Origin: Tubiluchus corallicola
Taxonomy: Eukaryota > Animalia > Priapulida
Assembly: GCA_030141605.1 (NCBI GenBank)
Contig: JAQGDQ010000167.1
Coordinates: 149,877 to 213,876, forward strand
Direction of reading: 5' to 3'
DNA: 64,000 nt
The translations under genes and the position numbers were made by a program. Within the stretch, counting starts at the first letter, position 1. Each line of letters starts with the position of its first letter. The notes under the pieces were generated by a model, which saw only the letters and a program-made list of their open reading frames with translations, was not told the DNA's origin and did not search any database. Below are positions 13,001 through 25,059 of this stretch, one piece after another.

Positions 13001-16000
13001 GCACGGCTTAAGAGTTGCCTAAAAACACATATACCTTCGGATAATCACATTTTATATCCATTTACTTTTTTAGCAATAAATGCATTAAATCAAGTTAAAG
13101 CAACAACTCAATGTAAACTCTCTAATCCGAAGTCACTACAAAAGTGATCAGATAACAGAGATTTCCAAATAATGCTTACACAAAGAAAATCTTAGCATGC
13201 AGCTGACAATAAAAACACTTCTGTTTTAGTCTAATCACCCAGGTAATATTTTTTAAATCGCATACCTGGTCAGGAATTTTATAATTTTTTTGCACGTTCA
13301 ATACGCGTATTAACGGCGGAGTAGTGGTCACTTAAACCACAATTATTAGGACATACGTTCATACCGTACAAAAAAGAGACTATGTGATAATCGACAATTA
13401 TATGATATTTTGGTAATGCAAAACAAAGAACAAAGTGTGAAAAAATGTGCATGGAAAAAATTTAAAACATTACTGCTAACCAGTAGGAAATAAACAAACT
13501 TTGATTTCAACTGATTTTAGATATTCCATGACACAACTTTAAACATTTATAAAGGTTTAAAATTTTTTGAAAAAAAATTCCTCCCTCCCTGACATCATTT
13601 GAACTCATGAAGTAAGATAGAAACAAATTTTAATTCTAAGCAGTCTAATTGAATAACTAATTCATTACATTTCCTAGTTAGTTAACTTATTAACATTACA
13701 AGACACAAGGAAATAGTACTATGAAATTAACAATCTTATACCATATATATATATATAGCACCTTATACACCTTATATCTTGAAAGCTACAGAGTTAGAGC
13801 AAGTAACAAACTAATTTTATCTTATTTATCATTTTTAAAGATAAATTCAAAACTTTCTATGAAACCAATGAAAACTCATTTGTTGAATTCATTAAATCAA
13901 ACATATTATTAAACGATTGGTTTCTACAGTGTTCAGTAAGTTGACAATCCAACAATACATGTTCTCATCTTGTATATCTCTGCCTCTGATTATACAAAAC
14001 CTTTGATTACATGGAATTCTACTCCATCTACCAGTTTCTACTTTTAAACGATGGGATGACAATCTCATACGCGAAGATGCTATTCCACAACATCCTAACG
14101 AGCAAATATTTGCCAGTATACAAAGCATCGATAGACAATTGTGGATTAATTTCCTTGTCTGACGTTTTTATTTTATCCTTTACACTAATCATTTCAACTT
14201 GGATAAAATCAGTCTCTTGTAACCTGTAATGTATAGTAGTGTACATGGGTGTTCTCTTGCATTCTACTAATTATGAAACCTTGTTCAACGGGACATCATT
14301 TGGCTTATAAGTAAGTGTTTTATAAAATTTCGATTGATTATCCTACACAAAAAGGATTATAAATTGAACACAGCTTGGTCTGTGCTTTCACGGCAATTTT
14401 AGATAATAGCAGTTCTAAATTTTATGGAAAATCAAACCTACGTGTAACTCTTGGCACAGTGTTCAGCGAAATGAAAGGGAAATTCAGTAAACACTCACCA
14501 TATACAACGAGTGATGCTAGCAGACCAGTCGTGCTGCTCTTCTAACTGCTTGATTATTTGCTTCTTCTTGTCTTCAATGTCCATGTCTTTCACAGCTTTC
14601 TTTACCACGCTGAAAACACAACAGAATCGTCAACGGCACAGCAGTAAACAGATTTTGGTAGCATCTTGCAAAAAATAAACACAAGCTTAGTCGTGACAGC
14701 TTGCAAAGCAATTTCAATCCAAATTTATGCCAGATAATATCGTTTTTCTTGTTACAGGTCATATTTTATAAAAATGTTTGTAAATAAAACACACACAAAC
14801 CATTAAAAAACACAAAAAAACTTAAAAGGATAAAATCTAACATGGGGTCTATCAAATGGTAGAATAGAGTACAAATTCTGTTTGAAACGTCACATAACTT
14901 ACAAATTGATAAGTAATTAAGAATTGTTACCCCAGACAATAATTTATATAAATTACTCCCAAGAACAGTTGCAAAAATTCCTTAGATATCAAATGGCGAA
15001 AACTTCCCTACTATAAACACGAAAAATTAATAATCTAACGAGAGATTCTTCTGAAGTCTCAAGTTTGTATAGATCTCTTCACACGATTACGATAAATCAC
15101 TGTAATGTTCATTGAACACAAATGTTTCGCCCAGTTGAACTTCTTATTATAGGGATGCATCGGATCCAGTTCCGGATCCCGCAGTCCGGTAATTTTAATG
15201 GATCAAGACACGATCCTGATCTGGCAAAAAATGTTCGTTGGATTTCGCACTGTTTGTATTTAGTTGCACTCTATGCATAAAACTAACGACTACACATCAA
15301 TGGCAAAAAAATTACAGTGGATAAGAAAATCATATGCAAAAGAGTTTAATTGCTTGAATAGTCCTAATTTTTTAAAAGATTATGAAGGATTTCTATTAAA
15401 ATTTTCAGGAATTTATAAAAGTAATGCTTAGTTTTTATGCTGTCATGCTTATAGCACAGGCAGTACCAACAATCTTCATGTTGTGTTTCCATGCAGCAAG
15501 GAGCACATAAAAGAGTTTAATTATCTGAATAGTCCTGATTTTTTAGAAGAATGTGAAAGATTTTTATTAAAATCTTCAGGAATTTACAAAAGTACTCCAA
15601 CGCTTGCAGCACCAAAGTGATACCAATAATCTTCACATTGTGGTTCCATGCAGCAAGGATAGTGCTACTGACACAAAAGTGTCTGCTAAAAGTTTAGAGT
15701 CGTCTACTTCACGTAAAAACATAATTGGCTGTTTTTAATTTAAACCAAGAACAGAACAAATTTCCAAAATTACAGTACATCAACGTTTGCAGTGGTTCCA
15801 TTTGAAATTACTCAGTTATCCTGAAAACGGTCAGGCGATGCCACCACATGAACAAAAGCTAAAACAACCGAAATATCGTTTACATTAATTTTTAAAACAG
15901 AACTGGAACCGGATCAGGCACACGCAGATACGGATCCGGATTCATTGCATCCATAACTTATTCTACAGAACATACCTCTCTATAGCGTCTAAAACATTTG

Positions 16001-18237
16001 CTGTAGCTTTTGGATTATCAGTTATCGTCACTTCCTCCTCTGGTTCTTCAGAAAACTCGTATATTTGCGACTTGTCGTAGCTCACCACCCGCTCTAACCG
16101 ATGCCTCTCTTCATCGGCCTTGAGAGAAACCGGCGACATAGGGGGCGTCGGCGGTGGTGGAGCACCATAGTTATGATCCTGAAAAGTGGAAACTAAATTG
16201 TTTAAAAGGTAGCAAGCACTAATAAGCTAAGGTTAGTAATTGGCTAGTTTGACTATTTTTTGTGTTTTATATAAAATTGTTATTTTTAAAATTAAATGTA
16301 AACTAGCGTTGTGTGAAAATGACAGAAAATTTCTCTGCCATTTTAAGAGAAAACCTTGTACTTTCTACACATTTATACAAAGGCTGCTAGAGAGTTCTAC
16401 AAAAACTCAAGATTATTAAGTTCTTCAATTCATTAAATTATCTTTGCAGGTTGACTGGTTTATAGTCAATTCGATGTTAAACTGAGCAAAAAATGCTTCA
16501 TAAATTTGAGGTTTTTGCAAGCAGTTGTAGCTGGTCAAAACCCGAAGACGGAAATTATAGATTTGTTAACAGCTTACATGGTACGGTAGACCGAAACAGC
16601 TGTGGTAGCCAGCAGGAGGCGGTTGCTGAGTAACCAGAAGCTCATCTTTAAAAGATGGAAGATCTACCTGCGGAACTTCCATGCACGACTGAGAACTGAA
16701 ACATAAATTCACAATTAGGGCTACCAGAGTGAGCATAACTAACGCACATGAAACAGACAAAAATGGAATAAAGAAATGAATCAAAACTGAATAAATAAAC
16801 ACAGCTGCAAGTAAATAAAAAAACAGATAATAAGCCTTTTCACAGTTCTGTTGCACATGCACGCGCTCAGTTGCTGTAGGTCAAAGGTTAAGTGTACCAC
16901 AGCAATGCGTCTTAACTAATCTGTCACATGACATGTGTGTAAAACAAAGCCGTTTGTTATGTCATTTCAGTAATTTCAGTTGTTTTATGTTGACTTGACT
17001 TAATTATGCATTAGTCTGTGCACAAAGTGATTTACTAGCTTGAGCGACAGTAGATATTGTTTGGGAACAAGAAAAAATGAACAAGGAAAGGTTCTAGCTA
17101 GCTGTTAAAACTGTTATTATTACAACAGCATGGACTGCAAGGCGTTGTCAAGTGTACACAAATACTTGTGAAAAGGCTTATTAATTCATAATTAACCTAA
17201 TTCTGCCTAAATGATATGAAGAGAACACAGACAAGTATTAAAACATACATTATGACCACGTTGTGAGCAGCTTAAACGTGAAAGATTGAAAGGAAAAATT
17301 ATGAGGAACCTTGTCGATATTTTTGTGCCAAAAGAGTAGAAACATTAACTCATTGTGAAAACTGGAAAAGTAAACAAGATTACTTTTGGGAAGGAAAACT
17401 ATTACACAAGCTTTCCCGTCAAGAGCTATAATAGCTTCCTTACCTACTCACTTGGACAAGGAATACTTCCTGGCACGAACACAGCTCTACGCATGAAGGT
17501 TCGATTTAAAGGAACGATTGTGTAAACAATAGTTCAGAATAAAGAATGCTTTAAAATATTGAAAACTACAATAGTTTCTTTTACATCAAAGCTTAGATTA
17601 AATAATAATTACCTCAGATACTCAAATTTTGTTAAACTTTCAAAGCTATCCGCGGCTTTGTGAATCTACTAAGATTGGCAGCGTGCCTTTTTGTCACGTG
17701 CGCATGGCCAACAAATAGATAACCATGATCATGAACTGTTGTGTTAGTTTCATGACGTCATATGATGTAAAGCCCATTTTTCGTGACATAACGTGTTTAA
17801 GCAGTTTCTGTTTAGTTTCTGTTGTAAGCAATAGCTGTGTTCTGTTGCCGTAATTAACTTTCTAAGCTAATTATTCAAATGTAGGAATCAATTTTAACTT
17901 TTATAAGCAAGAAAATGTACATTTTGGACAGCAAATTAAAATAAGATTGAGTCTAAACAATCATCCGGTTTTCCTTTAAATCGAAAAGTCGTTCACCAAA
18001 ATTTCAGCTTGGTATGACTAATAAGTTGTATGGTTGTATGGTAAAAAAATTATATTCGTTTTGACAAAGATGGATACCTGACTTTCATGCAGTAGCAATC
18101 CTTACAAAACATTGAACGAACATAATGGAAAATTATGACAACTGAACTAAACACTGAAGACTTTAAATTGTTTCCAATACTCACCCAGCAATAGGAATAA
18201 CTTCATTGGAATACAGTTCCGTATAATCGGTTTCCAT
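343..18237 (-). CDS. KMT2E: KMT2E/MLL5-SETD5-upSET family PHD + pseudo-SET protein; spliced, 3' part beyond window start
   Basis: 20 phase-compatible exons: 18185-18237, 16578-16695, 15976-16178, 14499-14609, 12891-12938, 12363-12514, 11034-11278, 10594-10697, 9343-9436, 8582-8790, 8160-8277, 7236-7345, 6005-6347, 5463-5645, 4285-4508, 3751-3943, 3116-3325, 2362-2479, 1963-2207, 343-1077. Family motifs: [18 protein letters not shown]; PHD finger [34 protein letters not shown]; [24 protein letters not shown] and EITIPFDY; post-SET CAC...C; [18 protein letters not shown]; [13 protein letters not shown]; KKRWLRQA; TPLKKRRL; PKKK. Confidence 0.93.
1533..1925. mobile_element. MITE family A, copy 1 (TIR ATAAGCCTTTTCACAGTT)
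   Basis: terminal inverted repeats; body shared with 16830-17181 and 33262-33841. Confidence 0.8.
1963..2207 (-). CDS. KMT2E: KMT2E-like exon 19 ([11 protein letters not shown])
   Basis: tag/cag tandem acceptor (2210/2207), aag|gtttgt donor. Confidence 0.85.
2362..2479 (-). CDS. KMT2E: KMT2E-like exon 18 (RWLRQA)
   Basis: atcag acceptor, cag|gtaaat donor. Confidence 0.88.
3116..3325 (-). CDS. KMT2E: KMT2E-like exon 17 (HLMSEWL...GSAKK)
   Basis: aag acceptor, aag|gtattt donor, 210 nt. Confidence 0.88.
3751..3943 (-). CDS. KMT2E: KMT2E-like exon 16 (FRFPKTKK)
   Basis: ttttag acceptor, aag|gtacat donor. Confidence 0.88.
4285..4508 (-). CDS. KMT2E: KMT2E-like exon 15 ([19 protein letters not shown])
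   Basis: conserved MLL5/SETD5 helix; gg|gtaatg donor. Confidence 0.92.
5463..5645 (-). CDS. KMT2E: KMT2E-like exon 14
   Basis: ctaac branch motif + tag acceptor, aaa|gtaggt donor, 183 nt. Confidence 0.82.
6005..6347 (-). CDS. KMT2E: KMT2E-like exon 13 (post-SET CAC..C; probable GC donor)
   Basis: tgcag acceptor; gag|gcaagg donor at 6004 (an in-frame GT alternative exists near 5950). Confidence 0.8.
7236..7345 (-). CDS. KMT2E: KMT2E-like exon 12 (SET C-terminus, EITIPFDY)
   Basis: ttacag acceptor, tg|gtatgt donor. Confidence 0.93.
7421..8018 (+). mobile_element. Non-autonomous Kolobok-like element, family C, copy 1
   Basis: TTAA|AG...CT|TTAA termini; homologous (inverted) to 25612-26170. 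Confidence 0.78.
8160..8277 (-). CDS. KMT2E: KMT2E-like exon 11 (SET core)
   Basis: [22 protein letters not shown]; gag|gtaaga donor. Confidence 0.94.
8582..8790 (-). CDS. KMT2E: KMT2E-like exon 10 (SET N-terminus, KGLFAT..EFYGR)
   Basis: ctag acceptor, tg|gtaaat donor. Confidence 0.92.
9343..9436 (-). CDS. KMT2E: KMT2E-like exon 9 (NQYSPEV)
   Basis: ttttag acceptor, cat|gtaagt donor. Confidence 0.85.
10594..10697 (-). CDS. KMT2E: KMT2E-like exon 8
   Basis: cag acceptor, ga|gtaagt donor, phase 0-2 fits neighbours. Confidence 0.8.
11034..11278 (-). CDS. KMT2E: KMT2E-like exon 7 (acidic then Lys-rich, NLS-like)
   Basis: tttcag acceptor, aag|gtggtt donor. Confidence 0.82.
12363..12514 (-). 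CDS. KMT2E: KMT2E-like exon 6 (PHD C-terminal half)
   Basis: [24 protein letters not shown]; a|gtaagt donor. Confidence 0.94.
12891..12938 (-). CDS. KMT2E: KMT2E-like exon 5 (48 nt, PHD middle)
   Basis: [15 protein letters not shown]; tttacag acceptor, gtaagt donor. Confidence 0.92.
13700..14400 (-). mobile_element. Degenerate non-LTR retrotransposon (CR1/L2-group) ORF2 3' fragment
   Basis: [28 protein letters not shown], typical of the C-terminal Cys motif region of these LINEs; boundaries approximate. Confidence 0.72.
14499..14609 (-). CDS. KMT2E: KMT2E-like exon 4 (ends ITRCIC)
   Basis: tttcag acceptor, gtgagt donor. Confidence 0.9.
15150..15955. mobile_element. Non-autonomous hAT-like element with internal ~170-bp duplication
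   Basis: TIR TAGGGATGCA...TGCATCCATA, subterminal CCGGAT repeats, imperfect 8-bp TSD (tcttatta/acttattc). Confidence 0.75.
15976..16178 (-). CDS. KMT2E: KMT2E-like exon 3 (DHNY HCF-1-binding-type motif, PPPPTPP)
   Basis: tttcag acceptor, gtatgt donor. Confidence 0.92.
16578..16695 (-). CDS. KMT2E: KMT2E-like exon 2 (..CFGLPYH)
   Basis: tttcag acceptor, gtaagc donor. Confidence 0.85.
16830..17181. mobile_element. MITE family A, copy 2
   Basis: ta|ataagccttttcaca...tgtgaaaaggcttat|ta, possible TA target-site duplication. Confidence 0.82.
17510..17975. mobile_element. Non-autonomous Kolobok-like element, family B, copy 1
   Basis: TTAA|aggaa...catccggttttcct|TTAA; homologous to 22012-22549. 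Confidence 0.8.
18185..18237 (-). CDS. KMT2E: KMT2E-like first coding exon ([18 protein letters not shown])
   Basis: acceptor at 18248, aacATGG start context, gg|gtgagt phase-2 donor matching exon 2; VIPIAG resembles the MLL5 N-terminal VIPLG. Confidence 0.7.
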
Positions 18238-18991
18238 GTTATAAAATCTGAGCACTAATAACAATGCTGGTAGTGTGTTTATATGGCAGTAATCAAATGA
18301 CAAGGTCGCATGATGCTTTCTCTTGTATAGAATTACCAGATCTAAAAAAAACAAAATTGAAACACTATTACTCAAAAATGAATTTTATTTCTTAAAAGTA
18401 ATCTAATTTTGCATAATTCTGTTTTTTATCACAATGTGGTAGGCCTATCAAAAGCAACCACATTTGGTTTTGTAATTTTTATAGCAGCAGCATTTACAAT
18501 TATTAAACAATATAGCCAGCTCTTACACCAGATGCTAACTGTAAAGAAATCCCATTTTTTTATTTCAAAATTTTGAGATGTCAGATTTTGTAAATTATAT
18601 GAAATGTAAATGTAAAACAATTATATGAATGTGACCTAAACGTAAAAATGAAAAAGCTTAATCACAAATATAATTATTCATGATCACGAAATACTACATG
18701 CCATATATATATAACAGAGTTTCCCACAATCCTGAAAAATTGCACTAGCAATAAAACTAGATAGCCAGCCATCAAAAGAATCTTTAAAATTTCACTGGAT
18801 AATGTTAGCACAGACTTCTCAGTCAGTACTTTATATTAAATTTCAATCCAGGTTTTACAGCAGCAATGTGAGTCAGCTAATCAGTCAGTGAGTCAACACA
18901 AAACTGGATAACTTATTGAACAAAATCTGTGACAATTTGCAGTGTGGTATTTGGTGCCACACAATATTGCTTGTTCAAACTACTAACTCAC

Positions 18992-19285
18992 CTTACCTAT
19001 TTCTTTCAAACGTGATTCTAATTACCCTTACGCTGTTTCCTGCGCTTCTGCCTTTTCAATTTACGCGCCCCCTATCGAACAGCGCACCCCCTCAAAACAA
19101 AATTTCCTCTGATCCAACCACTTTCCCTGCAGCAGCTGTGTTGTAAGCTGAACTGCAGCTCACACTAGCTCAACTGCTTGGCAATGCCCGTTCTGTGCGC
19201 TCCACAGAATATTGATCTGCAGGCGAATACGTCACTCGCTGGTTGTCCTTGGCAACTAGCAGGGCGGACTCAATCCAATATTCAA
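18992..19285 (-). promoter_or_regulatory. Candidate proximal promoter and 5'UTR exon of the KMT2E-like gene
   Basis: GC-richer island with CCAAT (19276), GC box GGGCGG (19262), half-CRE ACGTCA (19229) and tandem donors tag|gtaag|gtgagt at 18996/18991. Confidence 0.45.
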
Positions 19286-22011
19286 AAAATCAGAAAGCAG
19301 TGATACAAAAATTCCATAAAATTAAATTAGCAGCAGACAAGAAGGAGCTATACCAACTTGTTCTTAAGCGCAATCAAATTAGGTTATGAGGCAATGTAAT
19401 AAATTGAATATACACGTAATTTGTGTCAACGGATCACCCCCGAAGACTGGAAACGCCCGGCAACATTTACATTGCCTTGTGTATTCGAAGGCAGATGGTT
19501 TTATACGGACAGCACAGAAGGGGAGCCCGCTTTCATGTTCCAATACTCAAGTGCAGCTAGAAACGCTTGTACATGTTAACACGAAGAGGAAAAATTGGAC
19601 AGTGTGTAACAAGAGGAATTTATTTGAAGAATTGCGACTGCAAAGCTGACCCACTGGACTTCAGAAAAACAGTGTTACCGAAATCGGATAGTCGCTGATT
19701 TGTAAGACTAACGTCTAAAGGCAGACGTAACAATCGCTTTAACCAGTGCGTGAAAGGATCTAAAACAGACATTCATTAATGGAACGGAGTAGAGTGGAAA
19801 ATACTTGTTCCACGTTAGATAATAAATCCACGTTGTAAATGATTCTGGTTTTTACTAGTTATGAAAAGACATATCTGGTTGCCATTATGGACAACAGTTT
19901 TGTTATCCTCTTTTATCACACGAAGATAATTGCAGAAAGGAAACAGCTGCAGCCTCAATGCGGATAGAGTGGCTGGGCTGATTTGATATGCAGAAATTTG
20001 ATTTAAGCAATATACGCCATAGCGTAATTCCCTTAGAGGGTAATTTTCAGTTAATGTTTCAGTAATCGAAAAGTTTAAATAGTGCAATAAGGGTAAGGTA
20101 GGGAGGCAAAACCAGGGTATGCACGATCACATACTTCAATCCACTTACGCCATAAGGCAAGGCCCCTGAACAGCTAACATCCAATAATATAATAACTAAA
20201 AAATAAGTTACTAAATATAATTCAGCAAGTGTGAATCCACTTGCAATTCAATTTAAGGCAGATGTCCTATGTAGTTTTAAACATTACTTCTAACATGTAT
20301 ACTTGAACAATGTATCGTGACACTGTCAGACTTTTTTAATGTTTAGTGCAGTACCTACTTCAGTATCAGGCAACCACTCAAAATCACCAAGTACTATGAA
20401 AAACCTTTGCACCATACCTATGACTGTAGTTACTCTACCTCGAGTATTTACAAAGTAAATTACAATTATTTGCTCAAATCTGCCAAGCTGTTTAAACTTT
20501 AAAGTAATGATACAAATCTGAGCTTAGCCAGGTAGCCCCATTCTAAGCTAGTTCAGAAAAACACTTTAATCAATTAATACATTTTAATTAATGTTTGTCT
20601 AATTGTTATGTAGACATTAATTGTACACTTTGTCTTTCACATATTTTACTTGTGTTGTTTCTGTAACCAGATGACGTTTGTATAAGTTTTACTGTTGTCA
20701 AAAACATGTTTAAACTAAACCAGTTGAGAAATGCATAAACTTTTTGACTTCAGAACAACAAATATAAAATGTTCCTGCTTCCCGAAAAATATATTATGGA
20801 AGTATGGGCAGTTGCCAAATAGCAGGGGCATTCCTACAAGCACTGCTGGAAAAACTTTAATTAGTAGTTACTGTGATCCAAAGGCTATTAACATACAAAG
20901 ACGAAAATCGGCAGGCATTTTTAATAATAGGACAGTAAGACCTTATCAGAAAACTATTGCTGGCCCAGTGCCAAACAGTTAGCAGGCATAAAAGTTTTCC
21001 TCAAGGCCATCATTCATGTAGTGCGGTTACACTTGGTGCACATGTATATAAAGCAGAGACTGTATACATGTGAGCACCGATGGGGAGTAATATCCTGGGA
21101 GAAGTGCGTGCATAAGTGAGAAACACAAATTTACTCTCCTTTTTCAACTAGCTCACTAAATAAACTTCCTCGTGTAATACGAGTCTCAATAAACTGTTCT
21201 TGATGTCAAGTGCATCTGGGTGAATTGCACCCAAGTCACAATTTGAATTTGCATTAGATCATTCAATGGTTCAATTTATTTGTACTTGTAGCAAACAGAC
21301 ATTGTTTTTACAATAACACTCAGTACACTATAAAATAGAAGAACATTTAAATCTTAGTTAAAATCATGAGGCCCATGTAAAAATCATATCAAAATTTTTT
21401 CAGATTAAAACAGTTCACATTTCACTATGAATGCCGACGTGAAGTTTGTTTCTTTAACGCGATAAAAATTTAAAGAAGATTTTTCAAACAATTTGCACTT
21501 CTCCGTGTATTAATTAACATTAGGTAATACAGAGCTGCAATATTATGGCAAAAAGGTGATAAAAAAATCTGTACTTGTCACGGCAGGCAAAATAACAAAG
21601 TTTATTTTTTTTGTAGTGCGAGTTAAAAATAGCGTACGCATCAGAATTACTCACTGATGTTCCATAATGCGTAAGTGCATAATGAGTGGCAATTGGTGAG
21701 AACTAAGGACGCAAGAGTTACAGAAAACCAGACTCCCCTAACATGTTTTAGATTTTGTAAGTACAAAAGGAATGCCTTCTAACTATAGCAATCACAAGAA
21801 TTTTAATCAAAAGAAATTACACAATTTGAAATGCATACACTAATATAAAATTGACCCCTCTTTTATTAAATTCAACATTTTGAGATTACCAATATCTTCA
21901 TCAATAATTCAAAATGTTAATTTAAAATTAACTATATTAAAATAATTTAAGTCAACAAAAATCTGTAAATTGATTATGCACACACTGCACAATACTTTTA
22001 ACATATTTTTA

Positions 22012-22549
22012 AGGAAAATTAGATGATTGTGTAAACACGAGTTCAGAATAAAGAATGCTCTAAAATGTTGAAAACTACAATGGCTTATTTTAAACGAAAG
22101 CTTAGATTAATTTATAATAATTACCTCGGATACTCAAATTTCGTTAAACTTTCAAAGCTACGCACGGCTCAGTGAATCTACTAAGATTGACAGCGGTGCC
22201 TTTTTGTCACGTGCGCGTGGCCGAGAAATAGAAGGCGGTACCATGATAATCATGTTAGTTTCATGACCTCATATGATGTAAAGCCCATTTTTCGTGACAT
22301 CATGCATTTAAGCAGAACTGTAACACCTATGCAAATGTGCTTGACGGGCAAGGGAAGATGCCTGCCATTGCACAAACTGTGGTTAGTTTCTGACGTAAGC
22401 AATAGCTGTGTTCGGTTGCCGTTAGTTAACTCTCTAAGCTAATTATTCAAATATAAGGAACAATTGTTACTTTTTGTAAGCAAGAAAAATGGATATACTG
22501 GACAGTAAATTAAAATGAGATTGAGTCTAAACAATTGTCCGGTTTTGCT
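22012..22549. mobile_element. Non-autonomous Kolobok-like element, family B, copy 2
   Basis: same body as 17510-17975 plus an extra internal segment of about 60 bp near 22315-22380; TTAA flank. Confidence 0.8.
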
Positions 22550-24455
22550 TTAAACATATAATTCTGTAGATTAAAACTATGTAAGCACTTTGAAATTGTT
22601 GTTAATTGATGTGACGACTAATTTCAAATATGCCTGCAGCGACCGACTTTCATTTGACAGGAGATAGGAACGATTTAAATTTCTTTTGCATTTTTAAGCA
22701 AGGCTTTATAAGGACGTATATAGTGTGGTAAATTCAATATTTGTTAATTGTATATTAACATACAATGAATGTTCATTTTTCCTTTAATATCAATGGATTG
22801 TTCAAAAACACTGGACACTTGGAGCATGTGAAATTTACAGAAAGTGTGAGGATAATTGTTAAGATAGGTGTTAAACAGGCTCTGATTTAATACAGTTACA
22901 TTCATATTCAAGTTAACTTTGCTAAAGTGCAATCCGTTTAATAGAATAATACGACAGAGAAGCAGTTGGCAAAGGGGACATTTTAAAGAAACTGACATCT
23001 TAAACATTATAATTATTAATATATACACATTTTAAGCTACACTGGTAAATTGGTTCCAGTCATTCATCAAGTACTTAATGCATGAGATACTTCTCTGAAA
23101 TGGTAAAAATATTATAGAATTAGGGTTAAAGTGTTTTATTCCTATAAATTAATAAATATCAGGGTTGTCATGAAAACGAATGCTGTTTACCAAGTAGCAA
23201 TGTTTACAAACTGTAGGTGCCACCTACGAAGATAATTATGTATCTGTTTTTTAGGAACAGTATTCTAAGCAAATATAACTTAAAACATGTGCACAGATCT
23301 GCTTAGATGTCTGGGCAGTTTATGCCAATATTGTACTGCTTGTTGACTTTTGCCTTAAAGAAACAAGCATATAAAGCATACAAATAAAACTGATAAAAAA
23401 CGCGAGTATTTAAGATATCAATTTTGAAAACAACAAATTAATCCACATTTTTTTATAATATTTAGTCTTGCCACAAGGTTGGAATATATCAAATGGACCC
23501 TCAATTACATTTCTACCACGAAGAGTGAAACCTAGCTGTGCAATTACGCATTAAGCATCACTTAGCTTTAGAATGCCATCATGTCATGCCATATCAATTT
23601 TACGCCGATCTGATTCAAAACCCATTTTCAATTTTTTTGTTAATCAATATTCGATATTGCCAGCATTCCAGCTCAAATTTACCTAAGCAAATTCAAAAGC
23701 ATGGGATCTAAATAATAAGCGAAACCTATCCTAAAATAAGTAATCATGTAAGTATATAGTGCTGGTCTATATGATATAGGCTACATCCATACATACTAGT
23801 GAAATAACTAATACTCGTCACTATTATGCAAAAACAAGAACATGCTCATCAACCACAGACTTTCCCATTACTATATCTGTGTTCTTACTATAATAATTGT
23901 TAATTTAATAACAAGCCAAAGGTTTATCAAAATTGTTAGGTTAGAATTAAAAATAGCATATCATTTTAATAGCTGTCAGCAAAAATCATAATTATAACGA
24001 CTTGAAGAAATAATATAAAGGCACCTCACTAGACCAACTTTGATTCATTTAAATCAGTACATCCGCATTTTGTTAGCCAGCTTAGAAGCTTTACAGCTCA
24101 GATATTTTGTAAAATCACTCAATAAATGTAGGCTGGAACAGGCGGAAACGAAATCAGAAATAATGAAGCAAAATTTCAGAAAAATTTTAAGCGAATTACC
24201 CGAAGATATTGTGCTTACACTACTACAAAACCAAACACCGTTCTAGGGAACTTAATTAACCATCCGAAAATAAAGCACAACAATAACAATATGTATAAAC
24301 GGCGACTATATTTGAAAAGTTACTACGGCTTTAACAGCTCCGCCATAAATCTAATGTTTAGGCCATAGTTACTTCGTCTACAACCGCGAGATTTCTTGTC
24401 ATTAAACAAAGCAATTAGACGTCAATTAACAAAAAATACATATTACAACACGTAC

Positions 24456-24600
24456 CGTAGATTACTCTTCAAATTAATGTTTGTTATTTCAACATACTCC
24501 ACCACCAACCAATTATTCGTATAAATTTCGTCCGACAACATAATTTTCTCCCTGTGAGGCAGCCATTGAATATTTTCGTACGAGGGTTTACGAACTTAGT
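24456..24600 (-). promoter_or_regulatory. Candidate distal first exon/promoter of the KMT2E-like gene
   Basis: CpG-containing segment, YY1-like AATGGCTGCC, donor acg|gtacgt at 24455. Confidence 0.4.
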
Positions 24601-25059
24601 TCACGGGTGAATGAGAACCGAAAGGAAATTCTTGAAACTCAACGTTATTCAATGAAACAATTATGGTTGCCTAAAAGGCACAAAACATGAAAACGTATCT
24701 TGTTGTTGTTGTTGTTGTGGTGGTGGTGGTGGCGGCGGTTGTTGTTGTTGCTGTTTTATTAATACACACGTTATTATAATTAGATGATCAATGATGTGTA
24801 CATAGAAGTAGCTTAGTGAAATAAAAACAACTAATTTATTCAAAACTGGGCATACACAGTAAATAAATTAAAATTCAATTTTGCGACACGAAATTGACAA
24901 AGCTTGTGAAACAGATAAGTTCTCGTTTTTTCCTTAATAAAGAATTACAGCTATAAATAGCACCTGGACGCAGCTGATTCCATTCTCTCGTGTCGCAATA
25001 AAAACCAACATGAAAGCTTGCTGATGAAAAAAGGTGCGAACTAGAGATAGTGCATTGAA

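Noticed and set aside
19168-19290. Minus-strand open frame EYWIESALLVAKDNQRVTYSPADQ.. as a uORF microprotein
   Set aside because: No ATG, a stop immediately upstream and no recognisable homology; better explained as promoter sequence.
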